A stretch of DNA of 64,000 nucleotides from Clostridia bacterium (GCA_022798335.1 JAAWMH010000009.1:604-64603), one strand, 5' to 3'; counted from the first letter of the stretch, positions 32,116 to 43,564 are shown. Program-made: numbers and translations. The notes: generated by a model not told the origin, from the letters alone.

Positions 32116-33132
32116 ATGAAAAAATATATCATTATTATATTAGCTATTGTTATAGTAGCAATAGGAATTACAAGTTACATTTTGCTAAGAAAACCACAAG
32201 AAGCGGCACAATTAAAAACAATTCAAGTAAATGAAGTAACACGTTCTGTATTTTATGCACCACAATATGTAGCTATTTCACAAGGTTACTTTAAAGAAGA
32301 AGGATTAAACATAGAATTAACAACAGGGCAAGGAGCAGATAAAGTAATGACAGCAGTACTTGCAGGTCAAAGCGATATAGGATTTGCAGGACCAGAAGCA
32401 TCTATTTACATTTATAACGAAGGAAAAGAAGACTATGCACAAGTTTTTGCACAAATGACACAAAAAGATGGATCATTTTTAGTAAGTAAAGAAAAAACAG
32501 ATAACTTTAGTTGGCAAGACTTAAAAGGAAAAACTGTAATACCAGGAAGAAAAGGCGGAGTTCCATACATGACATTTGAATATGTACTAAAGAAAAATGG
32601 AATAAATCCACAAAAAGATTTAAACTTAGACGACAGTATCAAATTCGATTTAATGGCAGGAGCTTTTGCAGGAGGAGATGCAGAATATGTAACACTATTT
32701 GAACCAACAGCATCTATGACACAGCTAGCAGGAAAAGGATATGTAGTAGCATCTGTAGGAGAAGCATCAGGAGAAATACCATATACAGCATACTTTGCTA
32801 AAAAAAGCTATATCCAAAATAATGAAGACGTAATTCAAGGATTTACAAACGCCATTTACAAAGGAGAAAAATATGTTAAAGAACATACTGCCAAAGAAAT
32901 AGCAGAAACAATAAAAGACTTTTTCCCAGACACAGATATAGAAATGTTAGAAGCATCTATAAAAAGTTATATGGATATAGATGCATGGAAAACAGACCCA
33001 ATTTTAAAAGAAGAATCCTTTAACTTATTACAAACAGTCATGAAAGAAGCAGGAGAACTAGAAAAAGAGGCAGACTATAACAAAGTAGTTAATAACACTT
33101 ATGCACAAAAAGCAGTAAAAGAAGTAAAATAA
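32116..33132 (+). CDS. ABC substrate-binding protein, NMT1/THI5 family (YtlA-like)
   Basis: NEVTRSVFYAPQYVA, GQGAD, GRKGGVP, FEPTA. Confidence 0.85.
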   Translation: MKKYIIIILAIVIVAIGITSYILLRKPQEAAQLKTIQVNEVTRSVFYAPQYVAISQGYFKEEGLNIELTTGQGADKVMTAVLAGQSDIGFAGPEASIYIYNEGKEDYAQVFAQMTQKDGSFLVSKEKTDNFSWQDLKGKTVIPGRKGGVPYMTFEYVLKKNGINPQKDLNLDDSIKFDLMAGAFAGGDAEYVTLFEPTASMTQLAGKGYVVASVGEASGEIPYTAYFAKKSYIQNNEDVIQGFTNAIYKGEKYVKEHTAKEIAETIKDFFPDTDIEMLEASIKSYMDIDAWKTDPILKEESFNLLQTVMKEAGELEKEADYNKVVNNTYAQKAVKEVK

Positions 33133-33234
33133 TAAAAAAAGTAGGAAAAGGAGAAAAAATCCTTTTCCTATTATGCAATATTAGACTTTAGAAGTTTTCT
33201 ATAAACAAAAATAAAGAAAAAAAGTAAAAATAAA

Positions 33235-34071
33235 TTACATGCCAAAAATTCGACCAAGTTGCACAAAAGCAGTTTGCCACCAAGGACTACTGTAACGTCT
33301 TTTAGGGTGCTTATCAGTAACAGCCTTTACATATTGCTTTACAATGTTATTATATGGTTTTTGCTCTAAAAAATTCCATATTTTAGTTTCCCACTTACGA
33401 ATAACTGAAATATTACCAGAAAAATAAGAACTATCATACATCCAAGAGTATTTCTTTTCATTATTTTCTTTATTAAACCCGAGTAGCATAAGCGCCTGGC
33501 TCAATCAAACAAACCTTAATATCAGTACCATTTAATTTGTTTAACAGTTTCAATTCTTGCCTTAAACAAGTACCAAAACAATCTAAAGCAAACTTAGAAG
33601 CACAATAAGGAGAAAGAAAAGGCATAGGAATGCGACCGAACCAAAGAAGAAAGAATAATAATACGCCCAGTCTTTTTTTTCGTAATCATGTTTTTTAAAG
33701 CAAGTTGAATACAATCTAAATGAGCAAAAACATTGGTATCAAACACTTTCCTAATTCTATCAACGCAAATTTCAGACACACTTCCAGAATCACCGAACAG
33801 CAGCATTACAGATCAAAATGTCAATATCAAAGTCTGAAATCATTTTTCGGTCATTTTCATCTAAAATATTTAAACAAAAAACCTCAATTTTTAACTTTTT
33901 AGAAATAATGATTTTTTGTAAATCCTCTATTTCTTGAGGAAATTCTACAGATGCAAAAACATGATAACCTAGCTCAGCTAAAGCAATTGAAGCGCATTTA
34001 CCTAATCCGGAACCAGCTCCAGTAATTAAAATTCTTGTAAAATCATTTTTTTTATTTCTCAAATTTTTCAC
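33235..34071 (-). CDS. short-chain dehydrogenase/reductase, ~277 aa via three +1 shifts (33795, 33638, 33481); GTG start assumed
   Basis: ITGAGSGLG, CNAAV-G-, SSLV-G-RIP, YCASK, IEPGAYAT-G-FN. The catalytic YxxxK lies in a frame missing from the ORF track. Confidence 0.85.
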
Positions 34072-34452
34072 CAAAAATATTATTCCCAATTTAGCCAAAA
34101 AATATACCAAAGATTTTAGTTGATATATCAAGTAAAAAGGCAAAAATCAAATAGGAAAAAATGGAAAAAACCTTCAAAATAGCCTACTTTTTATAAAAAT
34201 GTCATGAAATTGTAATATTTATCATGGTAAAAATAACAAAGATAGAAGGAAGGTAAGAAAAAAACTAAAAATTGACTGAAAAGCAAACAGATAACTTTTT
34301 GACAATAAAATAAAACCCGCTATAAATCACACCAAAACGGCTATGGATACATAAAAACTGCGTGTTTGACATTATCAGAATGTTAAGATAATATAATGAC
34401 ACAAACAAAATACAAGTTCACAAACGAGAACAAAATAGGGGGTACTAAAAAA

Positions 34453-36645
34453 ATGAAAGTAATCAAAAGAGACGGGCAAATAGTTGAATTTGACGCAAAG
34501 AAAATAGAAGCAGCAATAGGAAAAGCAAATACAGAGGTAAAACCAAGAGAAAGAGCAAACAAAGAAGAAACTAAAGAAGTAATTGAATATATAGAAAGTT
34601 TAGATAAAAAAAGAATTCTTGTAGAAGATATTCAAGACATTGTAGAAGAAAAATTAATGGAACTTGGAAAATATTTACTAGCAAAAAAATATATTACTTA
34701 TCGTTATACAAGAGAGTTAGTTAGAAAAGCAAATACAACAGACCAATCCATTAAAGAATTAATTGATGGAGAAAGCGAATATTGGAATAATGAAAATTCT
34801 AACAAAAATGCAAAAGTAGTAACAACACAAAGAGATTATCTAGCAGGAATTACAAGTACAGATATAACAAGAAGATTTTTACTACCAAAAGAAATTGTAG
34901 AAGCACATGATGAAGGAATTATCCATTTCCATGATGCAGATTACTTTGCACAAAATGCATTAACCAATTGTGAACTTATTAATTTAGAAGATATGTTACA
35001 AAACGGAACGATTATGAATGGAGTAATGATAGAAAAACCACATAGATTTTTAACAGCAATGACAATTGCAACACAAATTATTCTAGGAGTTACCTCTTCA
35101 ACCTATGGAGGAGCTACAGTATCAATAGCACATTTAGCACCATTTGTAAAAAGTAGTTATGAAAAATACTATAAAAAGTACAAAGAAAGAGGATTAACAG
35201 ACGAACAATGCAAAGAATATGCAAAACAAGATACTAAAAAAGAAGTAGCAGATGGAGTACAAACCTTCAATTATCAAGTAAATTCCATGACAAATACCAA
35301 TGGACAAGCCCCATTTTTATCTGTATGTATGTATTTAGGAGAAACCAAAGAATACAAAGAAGAATTAGCAATGATTATTGAAGAATTTTTAAAACAAAGA
35401 ATAGAAGGTTTTAAAAATGAAAAAGGTGTATATGTAACACCAGCATTTCCAAAATTATTATATGTACTAGAAAAAGATAATGTAACAGAAGATAGCAAAT
35501 ATTGGTATTTAACGGAGCTTGCAGCAAAATGTACAGCAAAAAGATTAGTACCAGACTATATATCAGAAAAGAAAATGTTAGAATACAAAAAAGACAAAAA
35601 TGGAAATGGAAACTGTTATCCATGTATGGGATGCCGTTCATTCTTAACACCATATGTAGATCCACAAACAAATAAACCAAAATATTATGGAAGATTTAAT
35701 CAAGGAGTTGTAACAATTAACTTAGTAGATGTTGCACTAAGCTCAGGTCAAGATATGGAGAAATTCTGGAAAATATACGATGAAAGATTAGAACTATGCC
35801 ATAAAGCATTACAAATAAGACATGAAAGACTAAGTAAAGTAACAAGTGACGTAGCACCAATTTTATGGCAACACGGAGCATTAGCAAGATTGCCAAAAGG
35901 AGCAAGCATACATGATTTATTACACAGTGGATACTCAACAATTTCACTTGGCTATGCAGGCTTATATGAATGTGTAAAATATATGACAGAACATAGTCAT
36001 ACAGACAATGGAGAAGGAAAAGAATTTGGACTAAAAGTAATGCAAAAATTAAATGACAAATGTAAGGAGTGGAAAGAAGCCGAAAATATGGACTACAGTG
36101 TGTATGGAACACCAATCGAATCTACTACATACAAATTTGCAAAATGTTTAAAGAAAAGATTTGGCGAAATTCCAGAAATTACAGATAGAAGCTATATTAC
36201 AAACTCATACCATGTACCAGTATTTGAAGAAATTGATGCTTTCTCAAAATTAAAATTAGAAAGCGAATTCCAAAGACTAAGCCCAGGAGGAGCAATCTCT
36301 TATGTAGAAACACCAAATCTACAAAACAATATTGAAGCAGTATTACAAATTATTAAATTTATTTATGACAATATTATGTACGCAGAATTAAATACAAAAT
36401 CAGACTACTGCCAAAAATGTGGATTTGACGGAGAAATTTTAATAGATGAAAACTTAGAGTGGTATTGCCCAAACTGTGGAAATAAAGACCACGACACACT
36501 AAATGTAGCAAGAAGAACATGTGGATACATAGGAAGCCAATTCTGGAATAAAGGAAGAACACAAGAAATTAAAGAAAGAGTATTACATGTAGATAATAAA
36601 GAAGCACAAATGCCAGCCACAACACAAACAAAACAAGCAGTATAA
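34453..36645 (+). CDS. nrdD: anaerobic ribonucleoside-triphosphate reductase
   Basis: ATP cone MKVIKRDG, IHFHD, MGCRS, RRTCGYIG, Zn ribbon. Confidence 0.95.
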   Translation: MKVIKRDGQIVEFDAKKIEAAIGKANTEVKPRERANKEETKEVIEYIESLDKKRILVEDIQDIVEEKLMELGKYLLAKKYITYRYTRELVRKANTTDQSIKELIDGESEYWNNENSNKNAKVVTTQRDYLAGITSTDITRRFLLPKEIVEAHDEGIIHFHDADYFAQNALTNCELINLEDMLQNGTIMNGVMIEKPHRFLTAMTIATQIILGVTSSTYGGATVSIAHLAPFVKSSYEKYYKKYKERGLTDEQCKEYAKQDTKKEVADGVQTFNYQVNSMTNTNGQAPFLSVCMYLGETKEYKEELAMIIEEFLKQRIEGFKNEKGVYVTPAFPKLLYVLEKDNVTEDSKYWYLTELAAKCTAKRLVPDYISEKKMLEYKKDKNGNGNCYPCMGCRSFLTPYVDPQTNKPKYYGRFNQGVVTINLVDVALSSGQDMEKFWKIYDERLELCHKALQIRHERLSKVTSDVAPILWQHGALARLPKGASIHDLLHSGYSTISLGYAGLYECVKYMTEHSHTDNGEGKEFGLKVMQKLNDKCKEWKEAENMDYSVYGTPIESTTYKFAKCLKKRFGEIPEITDRSYITNSYHVPVFEEIDAFSKLKLESEFQRLSPGGAISYVETPNLQNNIEAVLQIIKFIYDNIMYAELNTKSDYCQKCGFDGEILIDENLEWYCPNCGNKDHDTLNVARRTCGYIGSQFWNKGRTQEIKERVLHVDNKEAQMPATTQTKQAV

Positions 36646-36745
36646 ATTAATTAAAAGAAAAAGTATTATATTATTTTCCTATCCGTCCAGACCACGAAGA
36701 AACTGATATAATACTTTTTCTAATTAGATAAAGGAGAAAACAAAA

Positions 36746-37249
36746 ATGAGATATAATAAAATCAGAAAAATGGACATTTCAAATGGACCAGGAGTCAGAG
36801 TATCTATCTTTATGCAAGGTTGCACCTTTAACTGCAAAAACTGCTTTAATCCAGAAACACATGATTTTAATGGAGGAGAAGAATTTAACTATGAAACCAT
36901 ACAGCAAATTCTAAAATTATGCGAAGATGAAAATATAAAAGGACTATCTATATTAGGAGGAGAACCAATGCATCCATTTAATATAGAAGGAACTTTAGAA
37001 CTTGCAAAAGCATTCAAAGAAAAATTCCCAAATAAAGACTTATGGGTATGGTCAGGCTTTTTATTTGATAGAGACCTAAAAGAAAAAGAAATATTAAAAT
37101 ATATAGATGTATTAGTAGATGGACAATATGTAGATGAACAAAGGAACCCAAAACTAAAATATAGAGGATCATTAAATCAAAGAGTAATCAATGTACAAGA
37201 AAGTCTAAAGCAAAATAAAATTATAGAAATACCAGATTTAAATGAATAA
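36746..37249 (+). CDS. nrdG: anaerobic RNR activating protein
   Basis: NGPGVR, GCTFNCKNCFN, LGGEP, RGS.NQR. Confidence 0.95.
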   Translation: MRYNKIRKMDISNGPGVRVSIFMQGCTFNCKNCFNPETHDFNGGEEFNYETIQQILKLCEDENIKGLSILGGEPMHPFNIEGTLELAKAFKEKFPNKDLWVWSGFLFDRDLKEKEILKYIDVLVDGQYVDEQRNPKLKYRGSLNQRVINVQESLKQNKIIEIPDLNE

Positions 37250-37336
37250 AAAAGATAAGACAAGGGAGGAAAAAATCCTCTTTTTGTCTTATCTTTCTTA
37301 TATAACCATAAAATAAAAAGAAAGAAGGAAAGAAAA

Positions 37337-38284
37337 ATGAAAAATATTAAAATTTTTCCATGTCCAACAGCAGAAGAATTTACCAAAGAAATCTGCAAAA
37401 CATTAAACTTACCAGTAGGAAAAGTAGAAAATTACAAATTTGCTAATGACAATAATTTTATACAATATAAAGAAAGCGTAAGAGAACAAGAAGTATACTT
37501 AGTGCAAACTACAAAACCACCAGTAAATGAAAGAATTATAGAACTATTAATTATGATAGATGCAGCCAAAAGAGCATCAGCCAAAAAAATAAATGTAGTA
37601 TTACCTTATTATATTTACTCAAGATCAGACAAAAAAGATCAACCAAGAGTACCAGTAACAGCAAGACTAGTAGCCGAAATACTAGAAGCAGCAGGAGCAA
37701 GCAGAGTAATTACTTGCGACTTACACAATAGTGCAATACAAGCATACTTTAATATTCCATGTGATAGAATAACAGGACAGCATTTGTTACAAGAATACTT
37801 TGAAACAAAAGGAATAGAAGACAAAGTAGTAGTAGCAACAGATGCAGGAAGCTCTAAAAAAGCATATAAATACTCAAAATATTTTGGTTGCCCAATGGCA
37901 TTAATAGACAAAAGAAGAGCAGGAAATGACGATAAGGCAGTAGCAGCCAATATTATAGGAAACATTAAAGACCAAACAGCACTTATCTTTGATGACGAAG
38001 TAAGCACGGCAGGAACTATGGTAGAAGCAGCAAGAATCTTAAAAGAACACGGAGCAAAAGAAATTTATGCAGCATGTACCCATGGCATATTATGCGGACC
38101 AGCTATAGAAAGAATACAAAATTCGCCAATCAAGGAACTAGTTATAACCAATACAGTACCATTAGAAAAAGAAAAACAAATACCTAAAATAAAAGTATTA
38201 TCCATAGCACCATTATTTGCAGAAGCTATCAAGAGAGTCAATGAAGCAAAACCACTAGGAGATTTGTTTGAATTTGATAAATAA
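37337..38284 (+). CDS. prs: ribose-phosphate pyrophosphokinase
   Basis: YSRSDKK, DLH, DAG, DKRR, DDEVSTAGT, THG. Confidence 0.93.
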   Translation: MKNIKIFPCPTAEEFTKEICKTLNLPVGKVENYKFANDNNFIQYKESVREQEVYLVQTTKPPVNERIIELLIMIDAAKRASAKKINVVLPYYIYSRSDKKDQPRVPVTARLVAEILEAAGASRVITCDLHNSAIQAYFNIPCDRITGQHLLQEYFETKGIEDKVVVATDAGSSKKAYKYSKYFGCPMALIDKRRAGNDDKAVAANIIGNIKDQTALIFDDEVSTAGTMVEAARILKEHGAKEIYAACTHGILCGPAIERIQNSPIKELVITNTVPLEKEKQIPKIKVLSIAPLFAEAIKRVNEAKPLGDLFEFDK

Positions 38285-38336
38285 AAAATATATAAAAATT
38301 ACAATATATAAAATAGAAGAACTTAAAATATAAATA

Positions 38337-38366
38337 TTGACAAATGAAACTAACATAGAGTATAAT
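38337..38366 (+). promoter_or_regulatory. sigma-A promoter of rpsU
   Basis: TTGACA-18 bp-TATAAT. Confidence 0.65.
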
Positions 38367-38454
38367 AAGAAACGAAAGTAGAGTAAAAAAGAAAAACTCT
38401 ATAAAAGTAAAATCCCACACGTAAGAGTGTAATTACTGAAGGGAGGGGAACAAA

Positions 38455-38625
38455 ATGTTAGAAGTAAAAGTAAATAATGGAAATATAGAAGATGCCTTAA
38501 AAAGATTTAAAAGACAATGCGCTAGAAATGGAGTATTGCAAGAAGTTAGAAAAAGAGAGCATTATGAAAAACCAAGTGTAAAAAGAAAGAAAAAATCAGA
38601 GGCAGCTAGAAAAAGAAAATTTTAA
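38455..38625 (+). CDS. rpsU: 30S ribosomal protein S21 (56 aa, not in ORF track)
   Basis: MLEVKV...ALKRFKRQC...[27 protein letters not shown]. Confidence 0.95.
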   Translation: MLEVKVNNGNIEDALKRFKRQCARNGVLQEVRKREHYEKPSVKRKKKSEAARKRKF

Positions 38626-38722
38626 AAAAGTGGAGGGATTAAAAGTTATAACAATAATTTTTAGTCCCTTTTTGTTTATTAAACATAAAACACTATTTTA
38701 AAAATAAGAAAGGAGAAGAATA

Positions 38723-39163
38723 ATGTTAAAAGAAAAATTATTAGAAGATTTAAAAAATGCAATGAAAGAAAAAAACGAACTTCGCAAAAATGTAGTACAA
38801 ATGGCAAGAGCTGCAATTTTGCAAATAGAAAAAGATAAAAAAATAGAAGTAACAGATGAACAGATTATAGAAATTCTTGCAAAAGAAGCTAAAAAAAGAA
38901 AAGATTCTTTAACAGACTATGAAAAAAGTGGAAGAGAAGATTTAATAAATCAAATCAAAGAAGAAATAGAAATATTAGAAGAATATTTACCAGCCCAACT
39001 ATCAAGCGAAGAAATAGAAGAAAAACTAAAAGAAGTTATAGCTGAGGTAGGAGCAAGCACAATGAAAGATATTGGAATGGTAATGAAAACAGCCAAAGCA
39101 AAATTAGGAGCATCAGCAGATGGAAAAACCATTAATGAAGTTGCTAAAAAATTATTAAGTTAA
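38723..39163 (+). CDS. yqeY: GatB/YqeY domain protein
   Basis: DLKNAMKEK, GREDL, YLPAQLS, ADGK; follows rpsU. Confidence 0.92.
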   Translation: MLKEKLLEDLKNAMKEKNELRKNVVQMARAAILQIEKDKKIEVTDEQIIEILAKEAKKRKDSLTDYEKSGREDLINQIKEEIEILEEYLPAQLSSEEIEEKLKEVIAEVGASTMKDIGMVMKTAKAKLGASADGKTINEVAKKLLS

Positions 39164-39339
39164 TAAAAGTGTAATAAACCCAAAGTGTTAGAAAAACATG
39201 GAGGGTTTTATCATATTTAAGGATAATTAAAAATGAAAAGCAAACAAGCTTAAGTTAGAAAATACAAAAACTCTCTTGTATAAATTTTACAAAATAGATT
39301 ATAATATAGAAAATAAACTTATAGAAAAGAGGAAAAAAC

Positions 39340-40618
39340 ATGAATTATCAAAAAGAAGAAATAAAAGAAGGAATTACACTTCATCAAATTCATACACAAA
39401 ATTTTAAAACCAACCTATTTTCTGTATTCATCGCAATTCCACTAACAAGGCAAGATGTTACTAAAAATGCACTAATAGCAGCAATTTTAAGAAGAGGAAC
39501 TAAAAACTTACCATCCCAAGACTTAATTAGTAAAGAATTAGAAAATATGTATGGAGCAAGTTTTGACTGCGGAGTAGAAAAAACAGGAGATAACCATATT
39601 ATTAAATTTTATCTAGAAACACTTAGTGAAGAATTTTTACCACAAAAAGAAAATTTAAGTGAAAAATGTATTGAAATATTATTAGATATTACATTAAATC
39701 CATTAATAGAAAATGGCGGATTTAAAAAAGAATACGTAGAAGGAGAAAAACAAAATTTAGAACAAATTATACAAGCAAAAATAGACAACAAAAATAGATA
39801 TAGTTATGAACGCTGTATTGAAGAAATGTATAAGGAAAAGCCATATGGGCTATATAAATTTGGCTATATAGAAGATTTGAATGAAATTACTGCAGAAAAT
39901 TTATATGAGTATTACAAAGAATTAATTGCAAACTGTAAAATAGACATATTTTGTTCAGGAATTTTAGACCAAGAAAAAATAAAAAATGCCATACAAAATA
40001 ATGAAAATATCCAAAAACTAAATAAAAGAAAACCACAATATATTGTAAATAATGAACAAACAGAAGAAATGCCAAAAACAGAAGAAAAAACAGTAGTAGA
40101 TACCATGCAAGTAACACAGGGAAAATTAGTAATAGGATTAGACATTCACGAAACAAAGAAAAATTCACGTTTTATAGCATCTGTTTATAATAGCATTTTA
40201 GGAGGAGGAGCAAACTCAAAGTTATTTCAAAATGTACGAGAAAAACAAAGTTTAGCTTATACAGCAAATTCAGGTTATATTAGAACCAAAAATAGTATTT
40301 TTATTCGCCTTCGGAATAGAAATACAAAATTATGAAAAAGCTTTAGAAACCATTAAAGAACAACTAGAAGAAATGAAACAAGGAAAATATACACAAGAAG
40401 ACTTAATCAATGCAAAAACCTTAATTATTTCATCTGTAGATAGCATTTCATCAGAACAAGACACACAAATTACGTATTATTATGGACAAGAACTATCAGA
40501 CACCTTTGCCACAGTAGAAGAATATGCACAAAATATTGAAAAAGTAACCAAACAAGAAGTACAAAATTTAGCAAACACAGTAGAAATAAATACGATATAT
40601 TTCTTAAAAAATGAATGA
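39340..40618 (+). CDS. M16 family inactive peptidase (YmfF-like), ~425 aa via a +1 shift at CGG 40312
   Basis: LRRGT, LENMYGA, LGGGANSKLFQNVREKQSLAY; IRL-G-IEIQNYEKA joins ORF 40373..40618. Confidence 0.85.
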
Positions 40619-40634
40619 AAGGAGTAAGCTTTAA

Positions 40635-41912
40635 ATGAAAATTATAGAAAGTTCGAAAATAAAAGAAAAAGCATATATAGAAAAACTAGAAAGTGGACTT
40701 ACCATTATCATTATTCCTAAAAAGAATACGAAAAAAAAGTATATCATATGGGGAACACATTTTGGTTCTATTGATAATCACTTTATCATGCCCAAAACAG
40801 AAGAAGAAGTATATATACCAGATGGAGTAGCGCATTTTTTAGAACATAAAATGTTTGAGCAGCCAAATGGAACTAATAGTTTAGACACATTAATGGCATT
40901 AGGAATTGATGCAAATGCTTATACTACAAATGATCACACAGCCTATCTTTTTGAATGTACTAATCACTTTGAAGAAGGGTTAAACGAACTATTAGACTAT
41001 GTACAGCATCCTTATTTCACAGAGCAAAATGTAGAAAAAGAAAAAGGAATTATAGGTCAAGAAATAGGAATGTATGATGATGATCCAGGCTGGCAGCTTT
41101 ATATGGGAGCAATGGATTGCATGTATAAAGAAAATCCAATCAAAATAGATATTGCAGGAACAGTCGAATCAATTAGCAAAATAACGCCAGAAGTTTTATA
41201 TAAGTGTTATGAAACTTTTTATCATCCATCTAATATGACAATGGTAGTATGTGGAGACTTTGAGCCAGAAAAATTATTAGAAGAAATCAAAAAAAGATTA
41301 GAAATCAAAGAAGGACAAGGGGAAATTAAAAGAATTTATCCATCAAAAGAAGAAAAAATAAATAAACCATTTAAAATAAAACAAATGGAAGTAAGCATTC
41401 CACTTTTTATGATAGGATATAAAGATACAGCTAAATATGAAAATGATATAAAAAAACACATTGCCATAGAAATATTATTAAATATGATAATAGGAAAAAG
41501 CTCTGATTTATATCAAAAATGTTATAAAGAAGGATTATTATTATCACAGCCAGACTTTGACTATGAATTTAGTGACCAATATGCTCATAGTCTAATATCA
41601 GGAGCATCTAAAGACCCTAAAAAAATAGAACAAGGAATTTTAGAAACAATAGAAAAAATGAAACAAGAAGGAATAAAACAAGAACACTTTGAACGAATTA
41701 GAAGAAAAATTTATGGAGATTATGTAGTAGAATATAATAGTGTAGCAGATATTGCAAGAATGTTTTTAGCAGATTCAATGAAAAAAATACACAGTTTTGA
41801 CTATATAGAACAATTTGAAACAGTAACAAAAGAATATACACAAGAAGTATTAAGAACTGTTTTTCAAAAAGAAAATGAAATTATATCTATCATAGAACCA
41901 AATAATAAATAA
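40635..41912 (+). CDS. M16 family zinc peptidase (YmfH-like)
   Basis: GVAHFLEHKMF, NAYT, EKEKGIIGQEI.MY. Confidence 0.9.
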   Translation: MKIIESSKIKEKAYIEKLESGLTIIIIPKKNTKKKYIIWGTHFGSIDNHFIMPKTEEEVYIPDGVAHFLEHKMFEQPNGTNSLDTLMALGIDANAYTTNDHTAYLFECTNHFEEGLNELLDYVQHPYFTEQNVEKEKGIIGQEIGMYDDDPGWQLYMGAMDCMYKENPIKIDIAGTVESISKITPEVLYKCYETFYHPSNMTMVVCGDFEPEKLLEEIKKRLEIKEGQGEIKRIYPSKEEKINKPFKIKQMEVSIPLFMIGYKDTAKYENDIKKHIAIEILLNMIIGKSSDLYQKCYKEGLLLSQPDFDYEFSDQYAHSLISGASKDPKKIEQGILETIEKMKQEGIKQEHFERIRRKIYGDYVVEYNSVADIARMFLADSMKKIHSFDYIEQFETVTKEYTQEVLRTVFQKENEIISIIEPNNK

Positions 41913-41991
41913 ACAAGAAAACCCAAAAATGTTAGAAAAAACATAGAGGGTTTTTTTATTTGTTAAAGAGTGATTTTAAGAAGATGAAAAA

Positions 41992-42147
41992 TGACGTAAA
42001 AACTAGAAATAAAAGAAAAAAACAAAGCCTATGTAGAATGCTGTCAAAAAATGACGAAAAAAAGAGAAAAATGGCATACGAAAATCTATCAAAATGCTAC
42101 AAAATAAAAGAAAAAGCGTTGACGACTTTGTAAAAATATGGTATTTT
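41992..42147 (+). promoter_or_regulatory. cluster of Spo0A-box-like heptamers plus a sigma-A-like promoter
   Basis: TGACGTA 41992, TGTCAAA 42042, TGACGAA 42052, TTGACG-17-TATTTT at 42119. Confidence 0.4.
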
Positions 42148-42193
42148 AAATATATACAAAAGAAGAAAAAAGAAAAAAGGAGAGTGTTAAAGT

Positions 42194-42412
42194 ATGTTAA
42201 ATGATGAAATATGTAAATTAAGAGAAAAATTAAACGATAGTATCTTGAATGAAAAAGATTATAATATCACTTATCAAATTAGTGTAGAATTAGATCAGTT
42301 AATAGCGCAGTATTATAGTACACAAATAAAGGTGATAAAAGAACAAAAAGAAGGAAAACAAACTAAGAAAATAGTAAAACAATGTAAACGAAAAGAATTG
42401 ATAGGAAATTAG
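42194..42412 (+). CDS. Spo0E-family aspartyl-phosphate phosphatase
   Basis: EICKLREKLN...ISVELDQLIAQYY (SQELD-like motif). Confidence 0.75.
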   Translation: MLNDEICKLREKLNDSILNEKDYNITYQISVELDQLIAQYYSTQIKVIKEQKEGKQTKKIVKQCKRKELIGN

Positions 42413-42569
42413 AGGCTAAAAAAGCCTCTTTTAATTTGAAAATTATGTTAATTTGTGATATAATAAATATATCTATAGGTAGGAAAGTCCCTTTAACTAA
42501 ATAGTAAGGGAGATTCTTCCTTTTGGAATATATACATCTTGTTATCACAACAAATTGGAGGAGTAAAAA

Positions 42570-42923
42570 ATGAAAAAAGTACCAGTAGGAATGCTTGTGT
42601 TCTGGACAGCCACATTTTTCTTTTTAGAGGCTGTGATTGACCTAGTGTTTATGCACACTGACAAAGGCCTTTGGCATTTGCTGCTTATTGCAGTACTCCA
42701 GGCTCTGCCGTATCTTGTGTACAATAGTGATGCGAAAGAGAGCAAATGGAAAATGACCATCATAATAGGTATAGAAGTAATCATTTTAATCATTCTGTTT
42801 TCTTTTGTGTTAGGAATGATTACTATACCTAAAATGAGGGTTGCCAAACGCATTATTCCAGTCGGAGTAAGAATAGGAACTCAGATTGTAATGATTGTTA
42901 CGGCAAGAAAGAGTTGCATATAA
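42570..42923 (+). CDS. small multi-TM membrane protein
   Basis: RBS ggagg; 3-4 hydrophobic segments. Confidence 0.6.
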   Translation: MKKVPVGMLVFWTATFFFLEAVIDLVFMHTDKGLWHLLLIAVLQALPYLVYNSDAKESKWKMTIIIGIEVIILIILFSFVLGMITIPKMRVAKRIIPVGVRIGTQIVMIVTARKSCI

Positions 42924-42931
42924 GTACTTTT

Positions 42932-42972
42932 ACGCCAAGTGAGACCTTAGATTCAAAGGTTTCACTTGGCGT
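42932..42972 (+). terminator. stem-loop terminator
   Basis: acgccaagtgagacctt...aaggtttcacttggcgt. Confidence 0.7.
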
Positions 42973-43076
42973 TATATATTACAAATTTATTACGTTTATA
43001 TGACATTTTTATAAAATAATGGTAAGAAAATAAAAAATATGATAAAATGCTATTAAATAATAGTAGGAGGAAAGAA

Positions 43077-43496
43077 ATGAAACAAAATAGAATAAAAATA
43101 ATATTCATAATAGGCATTATTTTATTAATAGCTATGATTCCTACTTATAGCAAAGCGAGATATGAGCAAAGCACTGGTGGTGGCGGTGGTGGAAGCACTG
43201 CAGTAGACCCAATTCAAAATCCAAACTCTTTTAAACCAGGAGGCGTTACACAAAACGATGTAAATATAATTACAAAAAAAGCAAACAGCTTTGTGGGAAT
43301 TGTTGTAACAGTAGGAGTAGTTATATCAGCAGTTACATTAGGAATTTTAGGCATTAAATATATGCTTGGAAGTGTAGAAGAAAGGGCAGAATACAAAAAA
43401 AGTATGGCTCCTTATTTAGTAGGATCTATCTTACTATTTTCAGCATCAGGAGTAGTAGGAATTATAGCTAGCCTTTTAAAAGATGTAAATTTATAA
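43077..43496 (+). CDS. TrbC/VirB2-like pilin 1
   Basis: Signal peptide; two TM helices around GIKYMLGSVEERAEYKK. Confidence 0.75.
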   Translation: MKQNRIKIIFIIGIILLIAMIPTYSKARYEQSTGGGGGGSTAVDPIQNPNSFKPGGVTQNDVNIITKKANSFVGIVVTVGVVISAVTLGILGIKYMLGSVEERAEYKKSMAPYLVGSILLFSASGVVGIIASLLKDVNL

Positions 43497-43564
43497 AAAT
43501 TTAAACAAATTTAATTGCAAACAAGCAAGTCTTATAGTATAATTAAAAAAAGGAGAAGTGTCAA

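Noticed and set aside
34400..34420. NrdR box upstream of nrdD (acaaaatacaagt)
   Set aside because: Only a weak single match in very AT-rich DNA
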